DNA of 36,857 nt. Origin: a virus (Duplodnaviria > Caudoviricetes). The DNA lies in IMG/VR virus record IMGVR_UViG_3300048576_000182, positions 1-36,857 of that record, one strand, 5' to 3'. A program made the position numbers and the translations under genes. The notes under the pieces are model-generated. The model was not told the origin of the DNA, did no database searches, and saw only the letters and a program-made list of their open reading frames with translations. Below are positions 8,421 to 16,566 of this stretch, piece by piece (the first letter of the stretch is position 1; each line of letters starts with the position of its first letter).

Positions 8421-8450
8421 CTTAACAACAAGAGCCAAGGACTGAAGCGG

Positions 8451-8645
8451 TCACCCTTTCGGGAAAGGTTCAAACGATTCAGAAAGCTGCATGTTGACCG
8501 ACACCGCGCACGGGTCGGAATCGTAGTCAATAGAACTGATGTTTACGGCAACATCTTTGCTGAGCGCTTGTGAAAAAACCTCAGCAATCAAAACTTCAAT
8601 AGCGCGTGGAGACAATTTTTTAATTTCTTCTCGAATTTCTAACAT
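8451..8645 (-). CDS. Hypothetical 64-aa acidic protein
   Basis: AAGGTG RBS before the ATG; fills an otherwise empty interval. Confidence 0.55.
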   Translation of the reverse strand: MLEIREEIKKLSPRAIEVLIAEVFSQALSKDVAVNISSIDYDSDPCAVSVNMQLSESFEPFPKG

Positions 8646-8674
8646 GATTCACCTTTTACGGATGGAGGAACGAA

Positions 8675-8911
8675 ATGGAAGAGCTTAGGCGACAGTGTTT
8701 CAAAAAGATTTTCACCGAACTTTATCATCACTTTCCAGGAAGGTTCAAAAACTCCCGCGAACTTGATTACCTATTCAACAGTTATCTCAACGAGCTTGCA
8801 GACGTCCCTATCGAAAAGATCGTGGAAGCGGCAAGGACGCACATCCGGACATCGGACCACTTCCCTTTCCTTTGCGAGCTTCTCCCGAAACCAGCAACCA
8901 ATAAAAACTGA
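8675..8911 (+). CDS. Small helicase loader/inhibitor-like protein
   Basis: GGAGG RBS; 'YLNELADVPIEKIVEAARTHIRTSDHFPFLCELL' aligns with the loader-like gene at 18906. Confidence 0.6.
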   Translation: MEELRRQCFKKIFTELYHHFPGRFKNSRELDYLFNSYLNELADVPIEKIVEAARTHIRTSDHFPFLCELLPKPATNKN

Positions 8912-8914
8912 TCA

Positions 8915-9169
8915 ATGGCACCCAACACCACACCTCTCAGAAACCTGACCGACCCCATGGAGATCAAGCACGCCCTTGAACGCAAGCTTGGCCATGGCGC
9001 GCAAACCATCTTTGCCGAAACCAACGGGTTCACCTTGCAGCATGTCAACATGAACATCCGGGGAGAACGCAACAACGAGGCCATTCTCGGCCTGCTGGCT
9101 CAGTGCATCGGTCAACCTGTGCATGGTGTGGCTCCTCTTGGCGGCAATTCCAAACAGTTTAGCAATTAA
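8915..9169 (+). CDS. Cro/Ner-like HTH regulator
   Basis: EIKHALERKLG..QTIFAETNGFTLQHVNMNIRG..LLAQCIG HTH pattern; position. Confidence 0.65.
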   Translation: MAPNTTPLRNLTDPMEIKHALERKLGHGAQTIFAETNGFTLQHVNMNIRGERNNEAILGLLAQCIGQPVHGVAPLGGNSKQFSN

Positions 9170-9214
9170 CAGTCTCATTTGTCTACACCCTATCACGCGG
9201 AGGCGGAGTAATCC

Positions 9215-9673
9215 ATGACACAAGAACAGGGCAAAATGCAGCCGTGGCAAGTGTTCCATGCCGCTCGGAAGTCGATAGGCGCGAATGCGGTTGCTCAGAT
9301 TTTTAACCGTTCAATCAGGGCTGCGCATGATTGGGCGCAAGACCCGGCACACACTCAGGTGCGCTGCAAGAGCCCGCTTGAGCTGCTGCACACCCTGTTT
9401 GAGCGGTTGGATGAGATGGGCCGGGGGCACGTGGCCGAGGCTGGGATTGCATACCTGCAGACGGCGATTTCCGGAAACGACGAGCAGCCGGACGCAATCA
9501 AGCCGCTGTTGTCCACGATGGAGGCCGAGCAGGTGGAAGATTTTCACGCGGCTACTGCCTTCCACCGGGCGATTAACGAGGGGGCGGACGTGGACCTTAT
9601 CGAAACGCTGATGAAGGCCGCCAACGCGGCCAATGAGCGGACCTACGCGAAATATTTGAAAAACCTGCGGTGA
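9215..9673 (+). CDS. CII-like phage regulatory protein
   Basis: N-terminal HTH-like 'AVAQIFNRSIRAAHDWAQDP', helical C-terminus; follows the Cro-like gene; GGAG RBS. Confidence 0.55.
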   Translation: MTQEQGKMQPWQVFHAARKSIGANAVAQIFNRSIRAAHDWAQDPAHTQVRCKSPLELLHTLFERLDEMGRGHVAEAGIAYLQTAISGNDEQPDAIKPLLSTMEAEQVEDFHAATAFHRAINEGADVDLIETLMKAANAANERTYAKYLKNLR

Positions 9674-9676
9674 AAT

Positions 9677-9877
9677 ATGGAACCCCTTACCGAGCATACA
9701 GCCCAGCGCCTCGCTTCTGCCCTGGAAAGAGTGGCCGACGTGCTGGAGCGCGGCGGAGTCCAGAAAATTGCCGACCAGTCGCACGACGCGCTATTGGCCG
9801 ACATCGCGCTACGTGGGCCAGTTGCACTGGTTGAGCACAACAAGCGAAACAGAGTGAGGAGGGGGGCGAAGAAATGA
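9677..9877 (+). CDS. Hypothetical protein
   Basis: Tightly packed in the early operon. Confidence 0.65.
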   Translation: MEPLTEHTAQRLASALERVADVLERGGVQKIADQSHDALLADIALRGPVALVEHNKRNRVRRGAKK

Positions 9878-9984
9878 GACACTACGAAATCGCGCAGATG
9901 GTTGAGGAGTTGGTCCGGATCGGACTGGATACTGAAGAAATCGCGTTCTTTGTCAACGCTGCGATATGGGAGGATCGGAGATGA
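9874..9984 (+). CDS. Hypothetical 36-aa peptide (MRHYEIAQMVEELVRIGLDTEEIAFFVNAAIWEDRR)
   Basis: GAGGAGG/GGGG RBS and ATGA overlaps at both ends; below the ORF-track cutoff. Confidence 0.6.
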   Translation: MRHYEIAQMVEELVRIGLDTEEIAFFVNAAIWEDRR

Positions 9985-10175
9985 GCGACGGCGACATGAT
10001 ACGGCTTGAGGATTTGCGGCAGGCCCTAATTTCCCTGGCACAGCACCAGCGTGTGACGGTGCCGGAGACTGCGCAGACGGTCAAGTTGGGGATGCTGGCA
10101 GATGGAGCAGACCCGGAGATTGTGGCTGGTTTTTTCGCTGACCTGGACGCCGTGGCAGCGTTGCATATCAACTGA
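9981..10175 (+). CDS. Hypothetical protein
   Basis: GGAGG RBS, ATGA coupling. Confidence 0.6.
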   Translation: MSDGDMIRLEDLRQALISLAQHQRVTVPETAQTVKLGMLADGADPEIVAGFFADLDAVAALHIN

Positions 10176-10188
10176 GGAGGGCAAGGGC

Positions 10189-10527
10189 ATGCCGAAACAC
10201 GGTGAGGGAAAAATGGTCAACGTTGAGGGATACGGGCCGGCGTCCTTGCGTGACCTTCACAGCAAAGTTTTTCCCGACATGAACAAGTCGGAAAAGTTTT
10301 TCCGGTACCGGTGGCAGATGGCTGGAGAGCCAGCGACAGTCACACGGGAACTGTTCGAGTCGCGCAAACCGAAGCGCCCTGAAGGTGTGCGAGTGAAACG
10401 GGTTGGACGAGGCGTGTCTCAAGAGCAGCGGTATGCTGACCCAAATTACCTGCCCAGCATCACTCGGGGCGATCTTGCTCACCTGAGCGGCGAGCGCAAC
10501 ACTGGTGCAGCGAGGCAGACGCCGTGA
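10189..10527 (+). CDS. Hypothetical protein
   Basis: GAGGAGG RBS before ATG 10189. Confidence 0.65.
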   Translation: MPKHGEGKMVNVEGYGPASLRDLHSKVFPDMNKSEKFFRYRWQMAGEPATVTRELFESRKPKRPEGVRVKRVGRGVSQEQRYADPNYLPSITRGDLAHLSGERNTGAARQTP

Positions 10528-10871
10528 ACCCAGAAGAGATCAGGTACACGGTGCATGCCGGCGCGCGGGTGGCGGTCCGCGATATCCCTCAATCTGCGGT
10601 CAACGCGGCGATTGCTTCCGGAGCGGTCGAGGTGGAGACGGGAGGCGTCCGGCGCTACACGCTGGAGGGGTTGATTGTTGTGGTCGACGGGTGCGATGTG
10701 GTTACGGCCTTTTATGATTCTGACTTGCGGCGCCGCGGCGCGTGGGGGCCGAAGAAGAAGCAACGGCGTTGCCGGCGAGGTGAGATGAAGCCCCATTATT
10801 TCGAGGGGCGCGGACACATCAACGTGCGGCGGCAGGCGTATTACCAACAACAAGCGGAGGTGATGATTTGA
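10524..10871 (+). CDS. DUF4258-like (RelE/BECR-fold) protein
   Basis: 'YTVHAGARVAVRDIPQSAVNAAIASG..GLIVVVDGCDVVTAF' matches the H-A-x-x-R / V-I-T pattern. Confidence 0.5.
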   Translation: MNPEEIRYTVHAGARVAVRDIPQSAVNAAIASGAVEVETGGVRRYTLEGLIVVVDGCDVVTAFYDSDLRRRGAWGPKKKQRRCRRGEMKPHYFEGRGHINVRRQAYYQQQAEVMI

Positions 10872-11191
10872 ACACAGAACAGGTGGTAGACAACACGGCT
10901 ATGCTCCACGATCTGCTCGTTGAGCGGTTGGCGCCGGTGCGGCCAGCTGGAGCGGCCTATAGCATCGACCGGCAGGCAGACATCAACGATATTCGCGCGG
11001 CCCTGGATGACCCGGCAGTCGTGCGGGCGGTGGCGGCTGTGTTGGTGGAGCAACAGCGGCTAATCCAGAAATATCCGGACGGTCCGCCCCATTCCTTCGA
11101 GAGCTTGAAGAATGGGCCGCCTTGGATGGCGGTGCGATCTGCTGCCGTGGGGGTCTGGTTCCTGGCTGGCCAGGAGGCGGCGCAGCAGTGA
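10868..11191 (+). CDS. Hypothetical protein
   Basis: GGAGGT RBS, coupled TTG start. Confidence 0.6.
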   Translation: MNTEQVVDNTAMLHDLLVERLAPVRPAGAAYSIDRQADINDIRAALDDPAVVRAVAAVLVEQQRLIQKYPDGPPHSFESLKNGPPWMAVRSAAVGVWFLAGQEAAQQ

Positions 11192-11532
11192 ACAGCAAAA
11201 CGCTGGCCCTGGGGCGTCTGAAACCGGGGCAGATGAACGGCACCGAGGCTGACTATGCGGCCACCTTGGAAGACGAAAAGCGGCGCGGCGCAATCCTATG
11301 GTATCGATTCGAGGGGGTCAAGCTGCGGTTGGCCGACGGCACCTTTTACACCCCGGACTTTGCGGTGATGGATAAGGAAGGCGTCATCGAATGCCACGAG
11401 GTCAAAGGGCATTGGATGGACGATGCCCGCGTCAAGATCAAGGTTGCCGCCGAGATGTACCCGTTCCGTTTCTACGCCATCAAAAAGCGGGCGAAGAAGC
11501 AGGGCGGCGGGTGGGCGGTAGAAGAGTTTTAA
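11188..11532 (+). CDS. DUF1064-family PD-(D/E)XK nuclease
   Basis: MNGTEADY..YTPDF..HEVKG motifs; GTGA overlap. Confidence 0.85.
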   Translation: MNSKTLALGRLKPGQMNGTEADYAATLEDEKRRGAILWYRFEGVKLRLADGTFYTPDFAVMDKEGVIECHEVKGHWMDDARVKIKVAAEMYPFRFYAIKKRAKKQGGGWAVEEF

Positions 11533-11557
11533 CCAACAAACCAAACGGAGGAAACCA

Positions 11558-12019
11558 ATGAAACCGAAATACAAGAAGCTCTATTTGCGTTGCACATTCA
11601 GCGACGCAGAGATGCAGGACATCGCGTCCGTCATGGCCGACAAAACCCAAGAGCTGAAGCGGATCGATGCCCATGCGAAGGCGGCAGCGGCTCAATTCAA
11701 AAGCGACAAGGAAGCGGCTCAAAACGAGATCGACGGCGCGGCCCGCCGTTACCGCGACGGCTACGAGATGCGGGATGTGGAGTGCGAGGAAACCGTTGAT
11801 TTTGAGAACGGCGTTGTCCGGTACTGGCGATGCGACAATGGCGACTTAGCCCAAGAGCGGAAGTTGACCAACGAAGAACGCCAGATGCGGCTGGATGAGA
11901 TCGAGACGGACAAGGAGGCGGATGCCCCCCCACCAGACGACAGCGCCGAAGTTGCCCGTGAAATGGCAATGGCGGCGACACAACGGACCATGACCCAGGA
12001 GCGGGCTGTGTCGATGTAG
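11558..12019 (+). CDS. Hypothetical coiled-coil phage protein
   Basis: GGAGG RBS; 153 aa. Confidence 0.75.
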   Translation: MKPKYKKLYLRCTFSDAEMQDIASVMADKTQELKRIDAHAKAAAAQFKSDKEAAQNEIDGAARRYRDGYEMRDVECEETVDFENGVVRYWRCDNGDLAQERKLTNEERQMRLDEIETDKEADAPPPDDSAEVAREMAMAATQRTMTQERAVSM

Positions 12020-12113
12020 AGCAAGCTGGTGGTCGGTTATGCATTGTAATTTCATCCTCGCTGTCGATAAGGCGAATTTTCACCCCGGCGGAACAGCCTT
12101 CCGTGGGGAGGCT

Positions 12114-12389
12114 ATGACGCCAAGTGATCGCTGCGCGCTGAAGCCGAAGAAAGACAATTTCGGGAGGCTCCACAATCCCATCCGATGGGTGATGAGCGGG
12201 GGAAGTCCTATGACGGTCGCTCACCCGTGCAGCGGAAACTGCCCGCTCAAAGTGATGGCGGAGATTTACGGGCCCATCCTTGTTGGGATTTGTCCAGTAT
12301 GCAAACGAGCCACATTCCGCAACGACCTTGGCAAAAAGGCATGCAGGGATTGCGGCACAGGGTTCGAGCTGGTTGAAGCGCAACAGTAA
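12114..12389 (+). CDS. Hypothetical zinc-finger protein
   Basis: GGGGAGG RBS; CPVC..CRDC. Confidence 0.6.
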   Translation: MTPSDRCALKPKKDNFGRLHNPIRWVMSGGSPMTVAHPCSGNCPLKVMAEIYGPILVGICPVCKRATFRNDLGKKACRDCGTGFELVEAQQ

Positions 12390-12424
12390 ACTCTCAGTAC
12401 AATCAAATTTTTAGGAGGCAAAAC

Positions 12425-12709
12425 GTGGATAAAATCACCCTATCGGAACTCATCTCCAAGATTTAAGAGTTGAGCGGCGGCCACACAAGAGCGGATGTGC
12501 GCACGATCCTGGACGCCACTGCGGAAGCAATCAAGTGTTATGCAAAAAACGGCCAAGCCGTGTCTATCCCTGGCCTCGGTAGATTCTACCCGGCGACCAG
12601 GGCGGCGCGGACCTGCCGAAACTTGCAAACCGGCCTGCCGGTGAGCGTGCCGGCAAAGCGAGCGCTGGCCTTTAAACCCGGGACCGAAACGAAGGATTTG
12701 GACAAGTAA
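12425..12709 (+). pseudogene. Phage HU/IHF-family gene interrupted by an in-frame TAA (12464-12466)
   Basis: AGGAGG RBS, GTG start, MDKITLSELISKI*ELSGG..VSIPGLGRF..RTCRNLQTG..VPAKRALAFKPG. Confidence 0.85.
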
Positions 12710-12790
12710 GCCTGCTCGCCGTGCCTGCCGGTAATGACTCGCTGATTTTGGTACGGCCAAGGCGAGTAGCGAGCAGTTTTTAACCCAAAC

Positions 12791-12824
12791 AAAAACGCCC
12801 CGGCCTGCACGAACAGACCGGGGC
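12791..12824 (-). terminator. Hairpin, possible leftward terminator
   Basis: gccccggcctg-cacgaa-cagaccggggc with gttttt following on the - strand. Confidence 0.45.
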
Positions 12825-12868
12825 TAAACCAAACGGAGCGCCGGTATACCGGCAAGGAGATTGTAACC

Positions 12869-13147
12869 ATGGACGCGAATGAATGCAACGCATTGCTCGG
12901 CGAAGATTATGGACACATCAGGATCACCCCGAACATTGCCGACAAAGTGAATCGGCACCGGCGCGTAAAGGCAGAGCGTGAGGCTGAAAGCCACTTGTCG
13001 GTGGCCCTGCAGACTATCCGGGAAAATGCCGACCTGCGGGCCGAGCTTTCGCGGATGAAGGCGGCAAGCGGTCAGGTTATGGCCGAGGCTTGGGCTATTG
13101 CTGGTTATCCGCAGCGGGCGATGTTGCCGGCGCCGGTGGGGGTGTGA
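12869..13147 (+). CDS. Hypothetical protein
   Basis: AAGGAG RBS. Confidence 0.7.
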   Translation: MDANECNALLGEDYGHIRITPNIADKVNRHRRVKAEREAESHLSVALQTIRENADLRAELSRMKAASGQVMAEAWAIAGYPQRAMLPAPVGV

Positions 13148-13149
13148 CG

Positions 13150-13335
13150 ATGACACCTGAACAGCAGAGATGGATAGACAGCGCCTCTTATGAGCAATTG
13201 CTTGAAAAGTGGCGGTTTGCACCAGCTGGGGACCCAATGTTTCAAGGGGATACTGGTGATTACTACAGCGATGTGATGAGCCAGAAGAAATCCAGTTGTG
13301 GCCACGTGCGAGCAAGCAAAAATATTGGGTGGTGA
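13150..13335 (+). CDS. Hypothetical small phage protein (MTPEQQRWIDSASYEQLLEKWRFAP)
   Basis: Packed between neighbours; protein-like composition. Confidence 0.65.
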   Translation: MTPEQQRWIDSASYEQLLEKWRFAPAGDPMFQGDTGDYYSDVMSQKKSSCGHVRASKNIGW

Positions 13336-13340
13336 GAATA

Positions 13341-13667
13341 ATGGAAAAACTCACCATCGAAGAGACAGACGGCCTTTTCTTGGTTCGCAGCGGTGCTGCA
13401 AAGTTCGCGGACCACCTGACCAAGGATGAAGCCCTGGGAGTGGTAGCCAGCGCCTTGTTCTCGCCAACTGGCCCGATGTTCGTGCGCACCTACGAGCAAG
13501 AGGTGGCAATGAAATTTATGCCAGCGGGCCGGACCTACCTTCAAGGCCCGAAGCTGGCGCTTCCGCCGCCTCGTGATTTTGAGGCGGAGCTTGAATACCA
13601 GACACGGCGGGCGGATGCCAACTGGCGGGCGCTGTGCGAGTGCAGGGGCGAGGAGGTGGAATCGTGA
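13341..13667 (+). CDS. Hypothetical protein
   Basis: ATG 5 bp after the previous stop. Confidence 0.65.
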   Translation: MEKLTIEETDGLFLVRSGAAKFADHLTKDEALGVVASALFSPTGPMFVRTYEQEVAMKFMPAGRTYLQGPKLALPPPRDFEAELEYQTRRADANWRALCECRGEEVES

Positions 13668-14524
13668 CAGCACCCATGGGAATCACCCCCGGAGTCTACC
13701 CCGACATGAGCAACGAGGCTTACCATTCCGGGCCCGGAATCAGCAAAACCGGCCTTGACTGGATAGCCGGCCCCGATTCCTGCCCTGCCCTCTTCCGGGC
13801 CAAATACATCACCCGGGAAATCAAGGACAAGGAAACTGACGCGCTCGCCTTTGGCAAGGCGGGACACCTAGCAGTTTTCCAGCCTGATCAGTTCGGCGCC
13901 GAGGTCGCAGTTTGCCCGGAGATCAACAAGCGGACCAAGGACGGCAAAGCCGAGTTTGCCGAGTTCTGCGCCAACAACGCCGGCAAGACGATTATCAAAG
14001 CCGCTGATTACGAGATCGTCCAGCGGGTTGCCGATGCGGTTCGGCGTCACCCGGTGGCCCGGAACATCCTGGCACAGGGACAGGCTGAGACGTCAATTTT
14101 TTCGACCGACGAGTCAACCGGGGAGTTGATCAAGGTGCGCCCTGACTGGTTTGTCGAGGATGTCATGGCCGACCTCAAACTGATGCGGTCAGCGGCGCCG
14201 CAGTATTTCGAAAAAGAGATGTGGGCACGGCGGTACTTCGTCCAGGCCCCTTTTTACATGGACACAGCCGGCCAGCAGCTTGGCCGAGAGTTCCACGATT
14301 TTATCTTCATCGTGGCCGAGAAAGAGCCGCCGTTCCTGGTCGAGTTGTATTTTGCCAGCGCCGAGGCGTTGAGCGCTGGCCGGATAGAGTACCGGCGCAA
14401 CTTGGACGTGTACCACCATTGTCGAGAGACAGACACCTGGCCGGGGTACAACGATGGGAAAATTCAGCCAGTGAGCCTGCCTTATTGGGCGATGAGAAAC
14501 TTTGATACGGCGATTGCCGATTAA
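13664..14524 (+). CDS. recE: RecE/exonuclease VIII-like PD-(D/E)XK exonuclease (DUF3799)
   Basis: MSNEAYHS.PGISKTGL, FGKAGH, AETSIF, KVRPDW, DLK, YFVQAPFY motifs. Confidence 0.9.
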   Translation: MTAPMGITPGVYPDMSNEAYHSGPGISKTGLDWIAGPDSCPALFRAKYITREIKDKETDALAFGKAGHLAVFQPDQFGAEVAVCPEINKRTKDGKAEFAEFCANNAGKTIIKAADYEIVQRVADAVRRHPVARNILAQGQAETSIFSTDESTGELIKVRPDWFVEDVMADLKLMRSAAPQYFEKEMWARRYFVQAPFYMDTAGQQLGREFHDFIFIVAEKEPPFLVELYFASAEALSAGRIEYRRNLDVYHHCRETDTWPGYNDGKIQPVSLPYWAMRNFDTAIAD

Positions 14525-14537
14525 CGGAGATTGAAAA

Positions 14538-15608
14538 ATGGATCAAGCATTGACCACCACAACCGATACAGCGGTAGCCATTCCAGCCCAAGCGCTGGAC
14601 CTTTTTAACCTGGCCGCCTTCAAGGACGCTTATCACATCGCCGGAATTCTGGCAAAATCACAACTCATTCCCAAGGCGTTCCAGGGCAATGTCACTGATT
14701 GCATCATCGCAATGGAGATGGCGCAGCGGATCGGCGCCGGCGTGTTCGCGGTGATGCAGAGCCTTTACATCGTCCACGGAAAGCCGGGATGGTCCGCAAC
14801 GTTTATCATCGGTGCTTTGAATGCTTGCGGACGATTCGCGCCGCTGCGGTTCGATATCACGGAACCGGCTGAAAGCGCCGTGAATGGAAAAAAGATCATG
14901 GATAGAGTTTGCACCGCATGGACCATCGAAAAGGGCACTGGCGAGCGATTGGAAGGCCCACCGGTATCCATTGAGATGGCGCACCGGGAGGGATGGTTCG
15001 ACAAGTCGGGCAGCAAGTGGCAGACCATGCCGGAACTGATGCTGCGGTATAGGGCCGCAACCTTTTTCGGGCGACTGTATGCCCCTGATATCCTCATGGG
15101 GATGCGCACCGCCGAGGAGCTGGTCGACCACCCATCCGATGTGGCCGAGGTGAGTGGCAAGTCGGTTGGCAGCGACCTCAACGCCCGTTTTGGCGGCAAG
15201 GAAACCATCGATGCAGAAACCGGCGAGATTGTGGCCCCGCCGGAAAGCAATCCGACCCAGCCGAGAAACGTGGAGCTAAAAGAGCAGCCCCAGCAAACCC
15301 CACCGCCTCCAGAAGATCCCGGCCCACAGGAAGAACCGCAGGTGCAGGCAACAGACGAGCCTGAAAAACAACCTGACAGTTCAGAGATACCGCCCAAAGT
15401 TAGAGCGTTTATGAAAGAAATTAACGCGGCGACAGTTGGCGGTAGCGTTGCCGTAGACACCTGGATAATGAAGCACCACAACCGGGCTGCAAACGCGCTT
15501 GGAGGGCCTGAATCTCCGCTCTACAAGCAGGTGATGGAGTACGCCGACCAGACTTATAAGGGCATGCTTGAGGCGGAAGCGGATCAGAAAAAAGGACTTG
15601 GGGCTTAA
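14538..15608 (+). CDS. recT: RecT-like single-strand annealing recombinase
   Basis: KSQLIPKAFQG..VMQSLYIVHGKPGW..SKWQTMPELMLRYRA..PDILMG; follows RecE. Confidence 0.8.
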   Translation: MDQALTTTTDTAVAIPAQALDLFNLAAFKDAYHIAGILAKSQLIPKAFQGNVTDCIIAMEMAQRIGAGVFAVMQSLYIVHGKPGWSATFIIGALNACGRFAPLRFDITEPAESAVNGKKIMDRVCTAWTIEKGTGERLEGPPVSIEMAHREGWFDKSGSKWQTMPELMLRYRAATFFGRLYAPDILMGMRTAEELVDHPSDVAEVSGKSVGSDLNARFGGKETIDAETGEIVAPPESNPTQPRNVELKEQPQQTPPPPEDPGPQEEPQVQATDEPEKQPDSSEIPPKVRAFMKEINAATVGGSVAVDTWIMKHHNRAANALGGPESPLYKQVMEYADQTYKGMLEAEADQKKGLGA

Positions 15609-15610
15609 AA

Positions 15611-16390
15611 ATGGGCAAAGAAACAGGAATAGCATGGACTGATCACACTTGGAACCCTTGGCAAGGGTGCAGGCCGGTTTCTCCCGGATGCGCAAACTGC
15701 TACATGTACCGCGATAAAAAGCGGTTCGGCCAGGACCCGGCAAAGGTTATTCGGTCGGCTGCGGCCACCTTCAACGCGCCGCTGCGATGGAAAGAACCCG
15801 CCCGCGTGTTCGTCTGCTCCTGGTCTGACTTTTTTATTGAGGACGCGGACCCGTGGAGAGAAGAGGCATGGGAGATTATGCGCAAGACGCCGCATTTGAC
15901 CTACCAGATTTTGACCAAGCGTCCAGAGAACATCTCTGGCCGATTACCAGCTGCTTATGAATGCTTCGGAGGCGGATGGCCGCTCCCTAACGTATGGCTG
16001 GGGGTGACAGCTGAAAATCAGGAAATGGCTGATTTGCGTATTCCGATCTTGCTGCGCACTCCTGCTACTGTTCGGTTCGTGAGCATCGAACCTATGGTTG
16101 GGGAGATAAGCCTTACAAGCATAGGACACACCGCGTCGCCAGGATTTGTTGGAGACTGCCTTGATTGGTATCACCGCCCGCATGAAAACCGCCACGATAA
16201 GTGGCCGGGGATCGAGTGGGTAATAGTAGGCGCTGAAACCGGCCCTAACGCCCGAGAAATGAAACCTGAGTGGGCAGAGCAATTGTTGATCGAATGCGAT
16301 TTCGCTGGAACGCCTTTTTTCATGAAACAAATGACGAACAAGGCGCCTATTCCGGAACGGCTTAACGTCCGCCAGTTCCCGCAGCCATGA
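15611..16390 (+). CDS. DUF5131 (phage Gp37/Gp68) family protein
   Basis: TGIAWTDHTWNPWQGC..VSPGCANCY, LTKRP, NVWLGVTAENQ, RFVSIEP, WVIVGAETG, PFFMKQ. Confidence 0.92.
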   Translation: MGKETGIAWTDHTWNPWQGCRPVSPGCANCYMYRDKKRFGQDPAKVIRSAAATFNAPLRWKEPARVFVCSWSDFFIEDADPWREEAWEIMRKTPHLTYQILTKRPENISGRLPAAYECFGGGWPLPNVWLGVTAENQEMADLRIPILLRTPATVRFVSIEPMVGEISLTSIGHTASPGFVGDCLDWYHRPHENRHDKWPGIEWVIVGAETGPNAREMKPEWAEQLLIECDFAGTPFFMKQMTNKAPIPERLNVRQFPQP

Positions 16391-16566
16391 CCTGCCCCCT
16401 ACAAGCCCCCCACTTCAACCAGCGCCTCACCCCGGAGCAATTCCGGGGATGGTGCGAACGGGCGCGGAGTGCCGCGTGCAAAGATAAGGGGTGCGAGCAT
16501 TTCGGTGAGGTCACCAAAAAGGTTGAGGTCGAGAAGGTTAAACCGGAACAATGGAGGTTGTTTTGA
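16387..16566 (+). CDS. Hypothetical 59-aa Cys-containing protein
   Basis: ATGA overlap with DUF5131; its stop abuts ATG 16567. Confidence 0.55.
   Translation: MTCPLQAPHFNQRLTPEQFRGWCERARSAACKDKGCEHFGEVTKKVEVEKVKPEQWRLF

Noticed and set aside
12464-12466. Stop-codon reassignment in the phage
   Set aside because: TAA terminates many other phage genes normally; this is a single isolated case
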